Shown here: positions 36,626 through 47,300 of the stretch, piece after piece
Layout of the letters: every line of letters begins with the position of its first letter
Position numbering within the stretch: the first letter of the stretch is position 1
Virus record (IMG/VR): IMGVR_UViG_3300031669_000025
Coordinates: 1 to 61,192 of that record
From: a virus
Lineage: Duplodnaviria > Caudoviricetes
DNA length: 61,192 nt
Strand: one strand, 5' to 3'
Notes under the pieces: model-generated
Seen by the model: the letters and a program-made list of their open reading frames with translations, nothing else
Database searches by the model: none
Told to the model about the DNA's origin: nothing
Translations under genes and position numbers: made by a program

Positions 36626-39600
36626 TTAACCTCTACATTTTCTCATTTCATCTAAAATCTCATCTCTAGATATAGAATTATACTTATTAAGTATATTTTC
36701 CTCTCTAGGAATAAGTTTAATATAATAGTATTGTCTACCATTACTTCTAACCTCTTCTCCAGAAGTTGTTCCTACCTTGGCAGTATATTCTGTTTGATTA
36801 TTGTTGATATTTTGTGCTTTCTTTATCATCTTATTATAAATAGTAATACCACCATTTCTATCTACAGGAACTAACTTAACTCTACCTTGAGAATTTAATT
36901 CTCCAAATTTACGCAATACTTCATCTGGATTAGTTCTATCTTTACTTGGTAAGAAACTTTCAACTGTTTGATAATCATCATAGAAGTCATCCTTACCATA
37001 TTCAGGATTAATATCATAAAATTCATCCATAGAATCTTTAGGTTGTTCTTCATAATTCATAGTATTCTTATCACTAATTAAAGTTCTACTATTATTACCA
37101 TTAATAAGTATCAAACTATTCTTTAAAGCACCTTCAAGTAAACTATTTTTATTAACATTAAATCCCAGCGAAGATAGTAATTTATTTAATAAGTCAGATA
37201 ACTTATCTAGTAAACCTTTGTTTTTATTATCAGGATCATTTATATCATTTAAAACTTCCTGTATATGCTTATTAGTAGTAGTAAGAGTTACAAACTCATT
37301 TAACTTGTCTACTTGAGAAGCATATATTTCCATAAGTTCATCATTGGTATCAAGTAAATCATACTTTTTACCTTTAATTGCATCTAACTTTGTTGCATAT
37401 TTATCACCATACTTATCTTTAATTCTAGCATTATAAATAGATTGTAATCTCTTCAACTCTTTAATTGCATCTCTAGTTTCAGGAGACACATTTTTAGGAT
37501 TCTTTTCATACTCTTTAATGCTACTATTAATGAAGTGATGTATAGTTTCATGTAACATAGTTTCTGCTACACCTTCTACAGTTTTATTTTTATCACTATT
37601 TAAGTTAAGATATATCTTATTATCTTTATAAGAACCAGCAGTTCCTTCCATATTAGAAGTGGAATCTAAAGATACATTCTCTTTATCTAATAACTTAATA
37701 AATTCTCTTGCTAATACTTGTTGAAATACATCAGAAGAATTTATAGTAATATTATCTAAAATATCCTGAATATCTTTAGTATCACCTTGAGGAACTATTC
37801 TAAGTAACTCTTCTACATTCTCTTTACTACTTTCAGGATTATCATATTCTTCAGAATAACCTTTTTCTGTAGGATATTTTTCATCCTTTTGTTCTACACC
37901 ATCAGCAGCATAAATAGGATTATACTGATTAATCATAGATGTAGCATTGTCAATACCAAAGTTATACTCATTAGTTGATCCCATACCTAAGTTAGCAACT
38001 CTAGTATAAATAGGTTGACCTTCTTCTGTCTTAATACCTTGATATATAAACAGTATATTCTTAGATAATCCTTTAAATCTACCAGCACTTGGTATTACTA
38101 AAAAGATAGGTGGTTCTTTAAATCTACCTGAACCAGTATAGTAATCTGTATTAGTTAAAGCAAAACTAGTAAGTTTATTATTAGTAACATAGTTATTATC
38201 CTTTTCTAAAGGTATAATAGAATTATTTAAATTTTCTCCAGATAATTGTGGTAATCCTCTCTGGTCATGTTGAAAATATTGCTGCACAAATGTAGGTATA
38301 ACCCAATTAGGCATTTCATCATTAGGTATATCTAGTTTCTCATTGTCTTCAAAAAATTTTTCTCTCACCAAGTTTGACATATTGGTAGTAAAACCTATAC
38401 CCTGTAAATAAGAAACAGGCATAAATTTAAGATATTGAGAAAATTCTTGAACTCCACCATTTATATAAGCAGACTTAACTAAATCTTCAAATAGTTCTCT
38501 AGTATTCATCCCAATAGTAGGAATATCTACAACATTAGTATATAGACTTGCAGCAGCTTGCATTATATACAGTTCTGCTGAAGGTTCTACATTAGTGTTC
38601 ATAGATAAAGTAGAAGGTTTGGCACCTTTACTTAAATAAGGAACTAATCTAGATATAAATGGATCATTAATAAATTTAGGTAAATTCTGAATCATCTTAA
38701 TCTTAGTTGCTAAAGACTTATTATCTTTAGTATCTAACATTAATCTTTTTCTCTCAGCATCTATATTTTGATTTAGTAAACCTAAGTTTTGTAAAGTAAA
38801 TAGATAAGACTTAAAATTCTTCCAAATAGTATTCTTAATATCAGATTTTTCTGAAACACCAATTTCATCTTTATTAAAAATATTTTCAACAATATTAAAT
38901 ATCTTAGTTACTCCATCTTGAGTGTAAGGAAAGAAATTACCCCAAAGTTTATTGTTAAATCTTAATCCATACTCAGTAGCGGCACCATTAATAGTTCCTT
39001 CCAATACTTTATTAACATTGGCAATACCACTAGTATTTAATCTATCTATAATTTCTTCTTTAGAAATAGTTTCAAATAGACTCTTATCTAACCCCTTACT
39101 ATCTGTATTAATTACAGATTGAACTAGTTGTAACTTATCAGCATATTTTTTAAGATACATAAGTTGACTTAGTGCTGCCTGTTGAATATAGTTAAAATCA
39201 GCACCAGGATTAAGAATAGATTGTTTCATTGCTTCTATACTCAATCCATGACCTTTATCAAATAACTTTTCAAACTTTTCTTTACTAAAATTTTCATCTC
39301 CATATTTACTTATAGCAAAGAATAATGCTTGAGTATCAGCATTAGGAGTAAAGTCACCCAAAGAAGATTTAAGTCTTTTAAGTTCATTAAAGTAATCTAC
39401 TATAATAGGTTGTTTTACAAAATATGCTACTTCTTCTCCAAATCCAAGTTGAGCAAGTAGCTTAACATATTTGGAAGTATCAGAGTTAAGAAATAACTTA
39501 TCAAGTATTTGTTCCTTTTCATTATCTACAGCAGCAGAAGCTAATCCAGAAATAACCTGAGACTTAAAAGTTATGTCTTTTAAATCTAAGTATTGTTGAA

Positions 39601-42600
39601 TTTTAGGTAAGTAAGTATTAATATCTTTTCTTACTTCTTTAGCATCTAACTTTTCAGTAGCAGCAACTTTAAAAATAAGTTTATTTAAAGTTTTTAAAGT
39701 AAAGATACCACTTAAATCTCCATTAGATACATTAGAACCAAATCTAAAATGTATATTATTACCATCTTTATTTACAAAATGTAAGTCTTTACCTTGTGCT
39801 ACAGCATTAAACATCATTAAGTTAGCAAAATCTCCAACTAATGCTTTACCCATAGCAGCATTAAGTCTCTTATCTCTTTGATAAGAATCTGATAGTGGTG
39901 TAAAATTTTTATTAATTTCTTTTGCTGCATCTATTTCATCGGCAATCTCTTTAAATTTCCAGAATCCTAAAGGTTCAACAATTTGAGATTGAACTAACAT
40001 ATTAGTATTTTGATGTAAAGCAATATGTATATCAAGTAACCTATTCTGTAGTTCTTGTTGCCATACCTTATCTACATCATCAATAAATTTTGCTTCCTTA
40101 TTTATTTCAGGAACTTCATTTTCATTTAATGTAAATGCAAGTTTAGTTAAAGTTTCTTCTTTAAGTTGTTCTATTTCTTCCTTACTATTAAATCTAAGTT
40201 TAGATAATTTACTATCCTTATACATATAGTTATACATGTAGGAGTAAAGTTTATCCACGTCAAAGTCAGAACCCATCTGTGCTAAGAAATCTCTAGGTGC
40301 AACTATAATATCACCACATTCTTTTGGTAAAAATCCAGCAATTTCCATCCAAGATTGTGAATTAGCACCTTGGTTTGGAATTCTCATTCCAAATAAGTTA
40401 AGTAATTCTTCTGGTAACTTACTAGTGTCTATTAGATTAATCTCTGGATCAACAAAATCATTAATATTAAGTTTCTCATTACCCCATTGAAATTTCCAAG
40501 GAATAAAAACTTGTGCTGGAGTTTTAACAATAGCAGTTCCTTCTTTAAATGCTTTTGCTAATTCTTTACCAGTTAATTTTTTACCAGTAGCATCTTCAAA
40601 ATGTCCTGGGTCTAAAGAACCTTTCCATTTAGGAGTATATTTAATACCGCTTTTTTCATTAGGAGTTAAATCATCCTCAGATTTACTATTACTTTGATAA
40701 CCTTCCTCAGTAGATAAGACAAAGGATTTACCTCTAAACTTCATCTTTAATACCTTATTCTTAACAATAGAATTAAGAAGTGCTTCATATTTAGCAGCAG
40801 ATGGCATAAAGGATATATAATCCAGTGCATCATCTAAATTTAAAGATTCTATGTCATTAATAGGATAACCTCTTTGTGTGGCTTCTTCTAGTAAAGTTTT
40901 CTTTAAAGCATCTCTATCTAAAGATTTTATATTACCTCTAGCATCAAACTGAACATTTAACTTTTTAATTAAATTACTATAGTTAGATTTATAAAGATCA
41001 GTATAATGTTGTTCATACTCTTTTTGTAACTCAGCACCAGTATATTCCTTACCTCTATACTTAAATCCTGTTATACTTAGTAGATTAGTAAATAGGTTTT
41101 TATCAGCCTGAGATACTCTATTAATAGCATCTTTTAATTCTTCATAAGGAACTTCCTGCTGTATTCTAAATCCCATTCTAGGTAATTCTTTAGAGGCACC
41201 TTCTATCTCTTCTAAAGGTATATCAGTTCTAATATTGTTATTTTCATCCCATAAATTAACAGCATTTACAGGCATACCTAACTTAGTTCCAGAAGCAAAA
41301 GAAAGTCTATGTAATCCATTCTTTTCCATTGCTATTCTAATGTTATCCATATCTAATCCACTAGTTAAACTAGGAATTAAGGGGTAAGCAGAAGTTTTAA
41401 TATACATTGGAGTAAGACCTGTATTACCTACTTCAAACCAACTATATACAGGTTTTGTTACTTGTAATACTAAATGATTATAGGTATCTTTAAATTCATC
41501 TGACAGTTTATCTTTAATAGCCTGTTCGTAGTAATGATTACCTTTATTAATCTCATCTTGAACAATGCTAGCAATTTCATTATAAAATCCAAGTGGTAAT
41601 AATCCACTTGTATCCATATTATGTAGATGTTCAAGATAGGTAGTAAATTCTTGCGCATTAGTTCCTTCACTTAAAATACCTTCTTTGCTATAATCCTTAG
41701 ATTCATTACCTATTAATACTTTATATTGATCTAAACTTTTAGAATCAACTGCCCTATCATTAGCAAAAATATATTTAACTTTTCCTTCATAATCTGCACT
41801 AGATTTACCTGGAGCAATATGCATAGCAAGTCTCTTACCTACATTGTCAAAGATATCTTTAACTACTCTTAATCTAGTAGTTTCTGACATTGTAGCCCAT
41901 ACTTTCTGTCTATCATTAATATCTTCCTTAGCAAGAAGATTATTTCTAACTAACTTCTTAGATTCTTCTTTATATACTTTAGATTTATAGAAATTAGCAG
42001 CATCACCTACAATACCTGTAAAGATATTTGCATTATTAATAATATACTGAAACACCATATCAGTAGCAACTACTTTACTATAATCCTCAACTCTAGAACC
42101 CTCAAATATTTTATGTTCATTAAATACTCTTAAATCAAGCATAGTAGGTTCTAATACACCTTTACTATTCTCTGTAACAATACCATACTTAGTCCATAGT
42201 TCTAACTTTTCTGCAACTAGACTATTAACTACATTCATAATCTCATCATTAATTTTACTTCTAAACTCAACACTTTCTACATTCTTATTAAGACTACCAT
42301 CTTTTTCCCAAATATCATTCATATTATTCATAGATGGTATAAGTAAAAACATATGCCCACCTTGTTCAAACTCTTTATTAGGAAATGAACTTCTAGACTT
42401 TTTAATATTTTCCCACTGCTTAATTCTTCTAATTTCAGGTAAAACAGCCTGTTCATAAAGTAAATCTATACTTTCCTGTGCTAGTTCACCATTCTCTAAC
42501 TTAATCTTAGCTAAAACAGTCCTAACTGTCATTGCAGTAGATTTATCTGAGTTAGTAACAGAGTTAAGTGTTCCTATTCTTTGTCCTGTGTTAGATTCAT

Positions 42601-44326
42601 CTGTCTGAGGCGCATTTAAGTTAATAAGTTCCTGCATCTCATATTCATCCTCATTAAGATTATGCAACTCTTTACCATCTCTATCTTTAGTATCCATTTT
42701 CTTTATGGAAAGTAAAGATACACTACCTATTCTAAAGTTATCAGTAAATGCAGTATTTTTAGCAGCAAAGTTTTTAAGTATAATACTTTCATTAGCATAT
42801 ACTCCACCTGATGTTAATATTCTTTGAGCAAGTCCTGAAAACTTTAGTTCTCTAACAAAGTCTATAATATACTTATTAAGTCCATAGGATTGAACAGTTT
42901 TATTACCTACTCTATGTGAAGTAGAAAGTATTTGCTTATTATACTTAGCATCTTCTTTAGATAAGTTTTTAAATGCTGTATCTTTAAATACATCATATTC
43001 TTCTATATTCTTACTTCCAACTAACTTAATGTTTTTGTATAGTAAGAGAAATGGACTATTATTATTATTTAGAAATGATTTAAAATCTGTTTTAGTATCT
43101 TTCTTATTTAATTTATATTGGCCTTTAACTATCTTATCCCAGAATTTATCTGAAATAGTTATACCTAAATCTTCTAAAAGTTGTCTTGCTTCATCTGGAT
43201 TACCATCTTTAAGAATCTTTTCAAACCTATCTACAACTTCTTTCTTATTATGTAATACTCCCTCAGAATCTAAATATTTACTATTATTTAAGTTGGCTTT
43301 CCAACTATCAAAAATATTTTTACTTATAGCATTCTGGTTAGCAATAACTTGAACAAATTGCATTGCTTTACCTTTTACCTTAGACCACATACCCATAGTA
43401 TGTTCTACATAGTGACAAGTTAAACTGGTGACAAATTTATTCCTAGTATTAACTCCCATAGCATCTAACTTATCAACTAACTGAGTTACCCAAGGGTATG
43501 CTTCAACATACTCAAGTAACCTATCTTTCATAAGTTCATAATCCTGTGGAATACCCGCAAGAATACTTCTAGTTATGCTTTCAACATAGGTTCCATCTAA
43601 ACTATCAACTTCACCTAAGGCATTCTTTGTTCCTGAGTCTATATCTGAAAATATTCTTTTTAACTCAGCATCTAACTCAATTTTAGCTTCATAAGAAGAC
43701 TTATTAAAATCTAATTTTTCATTAACACTTGCTTCTTCTTGTTCTAAATTAATATCATCATTAACACTACTTGCCAGATTATTAATTCTCTTTAACTTAA
43801 TATTTACTAGATTAGATAAAGTAGTAAAATTATCAATAACAGGATTAAGTAATCCATTTAAAATCTTTTCTTTAGTAGGAATATCAGAGTTTTCTATCTC
43901 TGACTTCATTCTTTTAAATCTATCTAATTCTGCCTTTAATACATTATTTCTAACTGTATTAATATCAGCATTAGGATTTTTAAGAAGTTCTCTATTAATT
44001 TTTCTAGTTAGAGAATTAGTAATTTGTTCTTGTCTAATAGCATCTAAGTCTTTAACTAAATATTTAGATAGAGACTCTTCTATCTTTTCACTAATAGATT
44101 TACCTGTATAGTTAGCATCAGCAGTAATTAACTTCTTATCACCAGCATATTTATCCCATAGATAGTAAGTAGCATCCATAGCAGTCTTATTAATACCTTT
44201 TCTCTTATCTCTAAGTTGAGGGTCTTTAAATTCCTGTTCTGTAAGTTTCTGTCCACCAAAATGTTCAACTATACTGTTGAAATCATCAACTACATCTTTA
44301 TTTACTACATTAGGACAATATGACAT
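36626..44326 (-). CDS. Virion-packaged RNA polymerase (2566 aa) with C-terminal zincin-like motif
   Basis: RIPNQ...QMGSDFDVDKL catalytic DxDxD variant of crAss-like vRNAPs; KPVY, KTS, AVDNEK; HETIH near the C-terminus. Confidence 0.92.
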   Translation of the reverse strand: MSYCPNVVNKDVVDDFNSIVEHFGGQKLTEQEFKDPQLRDKRKGINKTAMDATYYLWDKYAGDKKLITADANYTGKSISEKIEESLSKYLVKDLDAIRQEQITNSLTRKINRELLKNPNADINTVRNNVLKAELDRFKRMKSEIENSDIPTKEKILNGLLNPVIDNFTTLSNLVNIKLKRINNLASSVNDDINLEQEEASVNEKLDFNKSSYEAKIELDAELKRIFSDIDSGTKNALGEVDSLDGTYVESITRSILAGIPQDYELMKDRLLEYVEAYPWVTQLVDKLDAMGVNTRNKFVTSLTCHYVEHTMGMWSKVKGKAMQFVQVIANQNAISKNIFDSWKANLNNSKYLDSEGVLHNKKEVVDRFEKILKDGNPDEARQLLEDLGITISDKFWDKIVKGQYKLNKKDTKTDFKSFLNNNNSPFLLLYKNIKLVGSKNIEEYDVFKDTAFKNLSKEDAKYNKQILSTSHRVGNKTVQSYGLNKYIIDFVRELKFSGLAQRILTSGGVYANESIILKNFAAKNTAFTDNFRIGSVSLLSIKKMDTKDRDGKELHNLNEDEYEMQELINLNAPQTDESNTGQRIGTLNSVTNSDKSTAMTVRTVLAKIKLENGELAQESIDLLYEQAVLPEIRRIKQWENIKKSRSSFPNKEFEQGGHMFLLIPSMNNMNDIWEKDGSLNKNVESVEFRSKINDEIMNVVNSLVAEKLELWTKYGIVTENSKGVLEPTMLDLRVFNEHKIFEGSRVEDYSKVVATDMVFQYIINNANIFTGIVGDAANFYKSKVYKEESKKLVRNNLLAKEDINDRQKVWATMSETTRLRVVKDIFDNVGKRLAMHIAPGKSSADYEGKVKYIFANDRAVDSKSLDQYKVLIGNESKDYSKEGILSEGTNAQEFTTYLEHLHNMDTSGLLPLGFYNEIASIVQDEINKGNHYYEQAIKDKLSDEFKDTYNHLVLQVTKPVYSWFEVGNTGLTPMYIKTSAYPLIPSLTSGLDMDNIRIAMEKNGLHRLSFASGTKLGMPVNAVNLWDENNNIRTDIPLEEIEGASKELPRMGFRIQQEVPYEELKDAINRVSQADKNLFTNLLSITGFKYRGKEYTGAELQKEYEQHYTDLYKSNYSNLIKKLNVQFDARGNIKSLDRDALKKTLLEEATQRGYPINDIESLNLDDALDYISFMPSAAKYEALLNSIVKNKVLKMKFRGKSFVLSTEEGYQSNSKSEDDLTPNEKSGIKYTPKWKGSLDPGHFEDATGKKLTGKELAKAFKEGTAIVKTPAQVFIPWKFQWGNEKLNINDFVDPEINLIDTSKLPEELLNLFGMRIPNQGANSQSWMEIAGFLPKECGDIIVAPRDFLAQMGSDFDVDKLYSYMYNYMYKDSKLSKLRFNSKEEIEQLKEETLTKLAFTLNENEVPEINKEAKFIDDVDKVWQQELQNRLLDIHIALHQNTNMLVQSQIVEPLGFWKFKEIADEIDAAKEINKNFTPLSDSYQRDKRLNAAMGKALVGDFANLMMFNAVAQGKDLHFVNKDGNNIHFRFGSNVSNGDLSGIFTLKTLNKLIFKVAATEKLDAKEVRKDINTYLPKIQQYLDLKDITFKSQVISGLASAAVDNEKEQILDKLFLNSDTSKYVKLLAQLGFGEEVAYFVKQPIIVDYFNELKRLKSSLGDFTPNADTQALFFAISKYGDENFSKEKFEKLFDKGHGLSIEAMKQSILNPGADFNYIQQAALSQLMYLKKYADKLQLVQSVINTDSKGLDKSLFETISKEEIIDRLNTSGIANVNKVLEGTINGAATEYGLRFNNKLWGNFFPYTQDGVTKIFNIVENIFNKDEIGVSEKSDIKNTIWKNFKSYLFTLQNLGLLNQNIDAERKRLMLDTKDNKSLATKIKMIQNLPKFINDPFISRLVPYLSKGAKPSTLSMNTNVEPSAELYIMQAAASLYTNVVDIPTIGMNTRELFEDLVKSAYINGGVQEFSQYLKFMPVSYLQGIGFTTNMSNLVREKFFEDNEKLDIPNDEMPNWVIPTFVQQYFQHDQRGLPQLSGENLNNSIIPLEKDNNYVTNNKLTSFALTNTDYYTGSGRFKEPPIFLVIPSAGRFKGLSKNILFIYQGIKTEEGQPIYTRVANLGMGSTNEYNFGIDNATSMINQYNPIYAADGVEQKDEKYPTEKGYSEEYDNPESSKENVEELLRIVPQGDTKDIQDILDNITINSSDVFQQVLAREFIKLLDKENVSLDSTSNMEGTAGSYKDNKIYLNLNSDKNKTVEGVAETMLHETIHHFINSSIKEYEKNPKNVSPETRDAIKELKRLQSIYNARIKDKYGDKYATKLDAIKGKKYDLLDTNDELMEIYASQVDKLNEFVTLTTTNKHIQEVLNDINDPDNKNKGLLDKLSDLLNKLLSSLGFNVNKNSLLEGALKNSLILINGNNSRTLISDKNTMNYEEQPKDSMDEFYDINPEYGKDDFYDDYQTVESFLPSKDRTNPDEVLRKFGELNSQGRVKLVPVDRNGGITIYNKMIKKAQNINNNQTEYTAKVGTTSGEEVRSNGRQYYYIKLIPREENILNKYNSISRDEILDEMRKCRG

Positions 44327-44329
44327 ATG

Positions 44330-47300
44330 TTAACATTTTTTATTAGAGTCTATAATATCTTTATCAAAAGTATCACTTGGTTTATCTGAAGGAACATAAG
44401 GTAAATCTGACCAACTATCAAAAGCATTTATTAAGTCTAAAGAATCTTGAGATAATTCAGATTTAGTAGTTTTAACTTCTTTAATTTTAGGTTCTTTAAC
44501 TTCCTTAGTTTCTTCTTGTAATTTCTTACTTTCTTCATTAAATTCTGAAAAATCTGCTCTAACTACTGGATTGAGTGTATAAGAATAAACAGGTTTACTA
44601 TTTCTTTCTCCTACCTTATTACCTTTAACTTTAGTAGTTAGATTATTCATAACAAATTCTTTGTAAGGTCTTGAATTAAATTTTTCACCATCAAAGATAG
44701 CAATATTTTTATTATCTGCAAATTCTTCAATATTAGTATTTAAATATAATCCATCTAAAGTTCTTTCCAATCTATCCATTACTAGACCTCTTAATTCTTG
44801 ATGTTCTTTAGAAATACTATATGGTCTACCACCTTTTCTATCTAAGTTGCCATCAAAGAATTCTATAACACCATTATTCATAGTAAAGTAAGTATTATTA
44901 GTAGCATGAGGAATACTATCAATAATATCTCTTAGCATACTTCCTCTAGTATCATAACGGTATAAAAACATATTTAAGAAGTCACTTAATCCTTGTGAAG
45001 TCAATACATTTTTTTTAGTTATATCTTCAATATTTTTAGCAACTTCTTCATTACCATCTAAATGTGCATTAATAGCCTCAAGTATACTTTGTTTTATTTC
45101 ATCTCTTTCATCCATAGTTTCAATCCTAGGACTATTGAGAACAATACCTAAGTTCTTACCATTGGCAGTTTTAACTATAAGATAAGTAGCACCAGGTATA
45201 ACATGCTGGTTAACTACTTCTTCTTTAAAAACATCATTTTTACCTGTTTTAAACTCAGTTCTAGTTGCAACTGCTATAGTATACCTACTATCTTCTCCTA
45301 CTGCATCCTTAGCACTGTGAGATTCATTATTAGATAGTAAAAATAATACACCATTACTTACATCTTCAATCTTAGTTTTATACTTTCCTTTATTATTAAT
45401 AATACCAGTTCTAATATTTCTAAGTTGTAACTTACTTCTTTGTAAATCAGCAATGGTATTTTCTGGATTAATCCAACTATCATTATGAAGAAATACATTC
45501 TGTCCTGTAACTCTAATTGGAACATTATCTATATATTCCTGTAACTTTGTCACATCTTCATTAGGATGAGTGTCAATAAGTCTTTGCTTATAAGCACCCC
45601 AACTAATTAATTCTTTACCTTCTGTATCAGGATCATAAATTTGTATCTCACCATCATCAGCAACTTCAAAAGATATGTTATCACCTACATTAAACTTATA
45701 TGGATTCATTAAGTCTAATGCAGCATCTTTATCTAACTCATTAGTTTCATCTGTATAAACTACTCTAGTTTTACCATTAACTTCTCTAACTTCTCTTTTA
45801 TACTGTCTATCTCTATGTGCTAAAGCATTACTAGGATTATCTATCTTAGTATTAGTATATGATATAGTTCCATTATCATTAATTTCTTTGGCACCATTAT
45901 TATCCTGTAAAGTTTTATTAGTATTAGCAAACTCTTCACTAATTTCTTTTTCTTTATCTGAATCTAAATTTAATGGATCAGCAACTACCTTAGTAACAGT
46001 TTCACTAATTACTTCCTGTCTATTTTGAGAAATAACATTCCAATCTTCTTTAGATATACCATTCTTTAATATAACTTCTCTATCCTGTCTAGATAAATTA
46101 TCTACATCAGAATCCTTGTAACCCATAGTATTAAGTTGTTTTCTTGCTCCAGGATTAACATCTGTTGCAATTTTAACTTCAGGTTGAGTATTAGATTCAG
46201 CAGACTCTAATTTAGCTAATTCTGCATCATATTTAGCGTTGATTTCTTTATATTGATTGTAAAGCTCATTTAATTTAGTAATATCTCCTTTCCTTGCTAC
46301 ATTTATCATAGCAGTAGAAAATATACCAGCTATTTCTTTTTTATTTTCATCTTGAAATTTATCAGGATGTGTCTCTTTTAAGTATTGTTTTAAAAGTTTA
46401 TTAGCTCTTTCATTTTCAATTTTCTCATTTCCATTTAAAACATTTGATATTTTACTAAAAAGGTTATCAAAATGGTCTTTTGGTAATGGTTTTTTATCTT
46501 CTTCTGTTATTGGTCCACTTCTTTTATTTTCTTCTCCTCTATTTACAATTTTTTCTACTATATTATCAGATTCTTCATTTCTTCTCTTTTCAATATCAGC
46601 TTTTTTAGTTTCTAATTCTGAAGTAACATTTGTTGAAATATTTTCCTGTTTAGATTTAGGTTGAGAAGCAAACTCATCATTAGCATTTAAAGCATTATAT
46701 TCATCTATATCTACAGGATTAGAAATAACTTCTTGATTAGGAATTACTTCATTTAATTTTTCTGCTTGAGCCTTAACCCTCGCATCTTTTACTTCCCCTT
46801 TAAGTTGAACTAATACTTTATTTAAATTACCAGTAAATTCATTATCATTAATTCTTTTCTTTTCTTCTGTAATTTTATTTAATCTTTTAACACCTTCAGG
46901 AGTAGAATATAAATCTAAAGTTTTAATAGCATTTCTTCTATCCATTGCTAACCTTAAATAGTCAGAAACTAGTTGAGTTCCATTCTCTCCAGTTTGTGTA
47001 AAAATATGGTTATTATCTTTAATAGTTTTTTCTAATATTTTAGAGTTCTCATCATTAGAGTTTTCTAAAAAGTTCTGCATTGCTGCATGAATTTCTGGTG
47101 ACTTACTAATAGTTGAAAGTAACTCATCATTTCTCCTACCTAAGTTTTGCAACTTAGATGCTTCTCCATACATTACTTCTAAAGTTTCCTGAGATGCTTC
47201 TGGATGAAGTATTTGTAAATTATTATAAAGGTCATTAAGTTTAGTAGCTTCCTGCTTCATCATCTCAATATACTGCATAGGTTGTTTACTATCTACAGCA

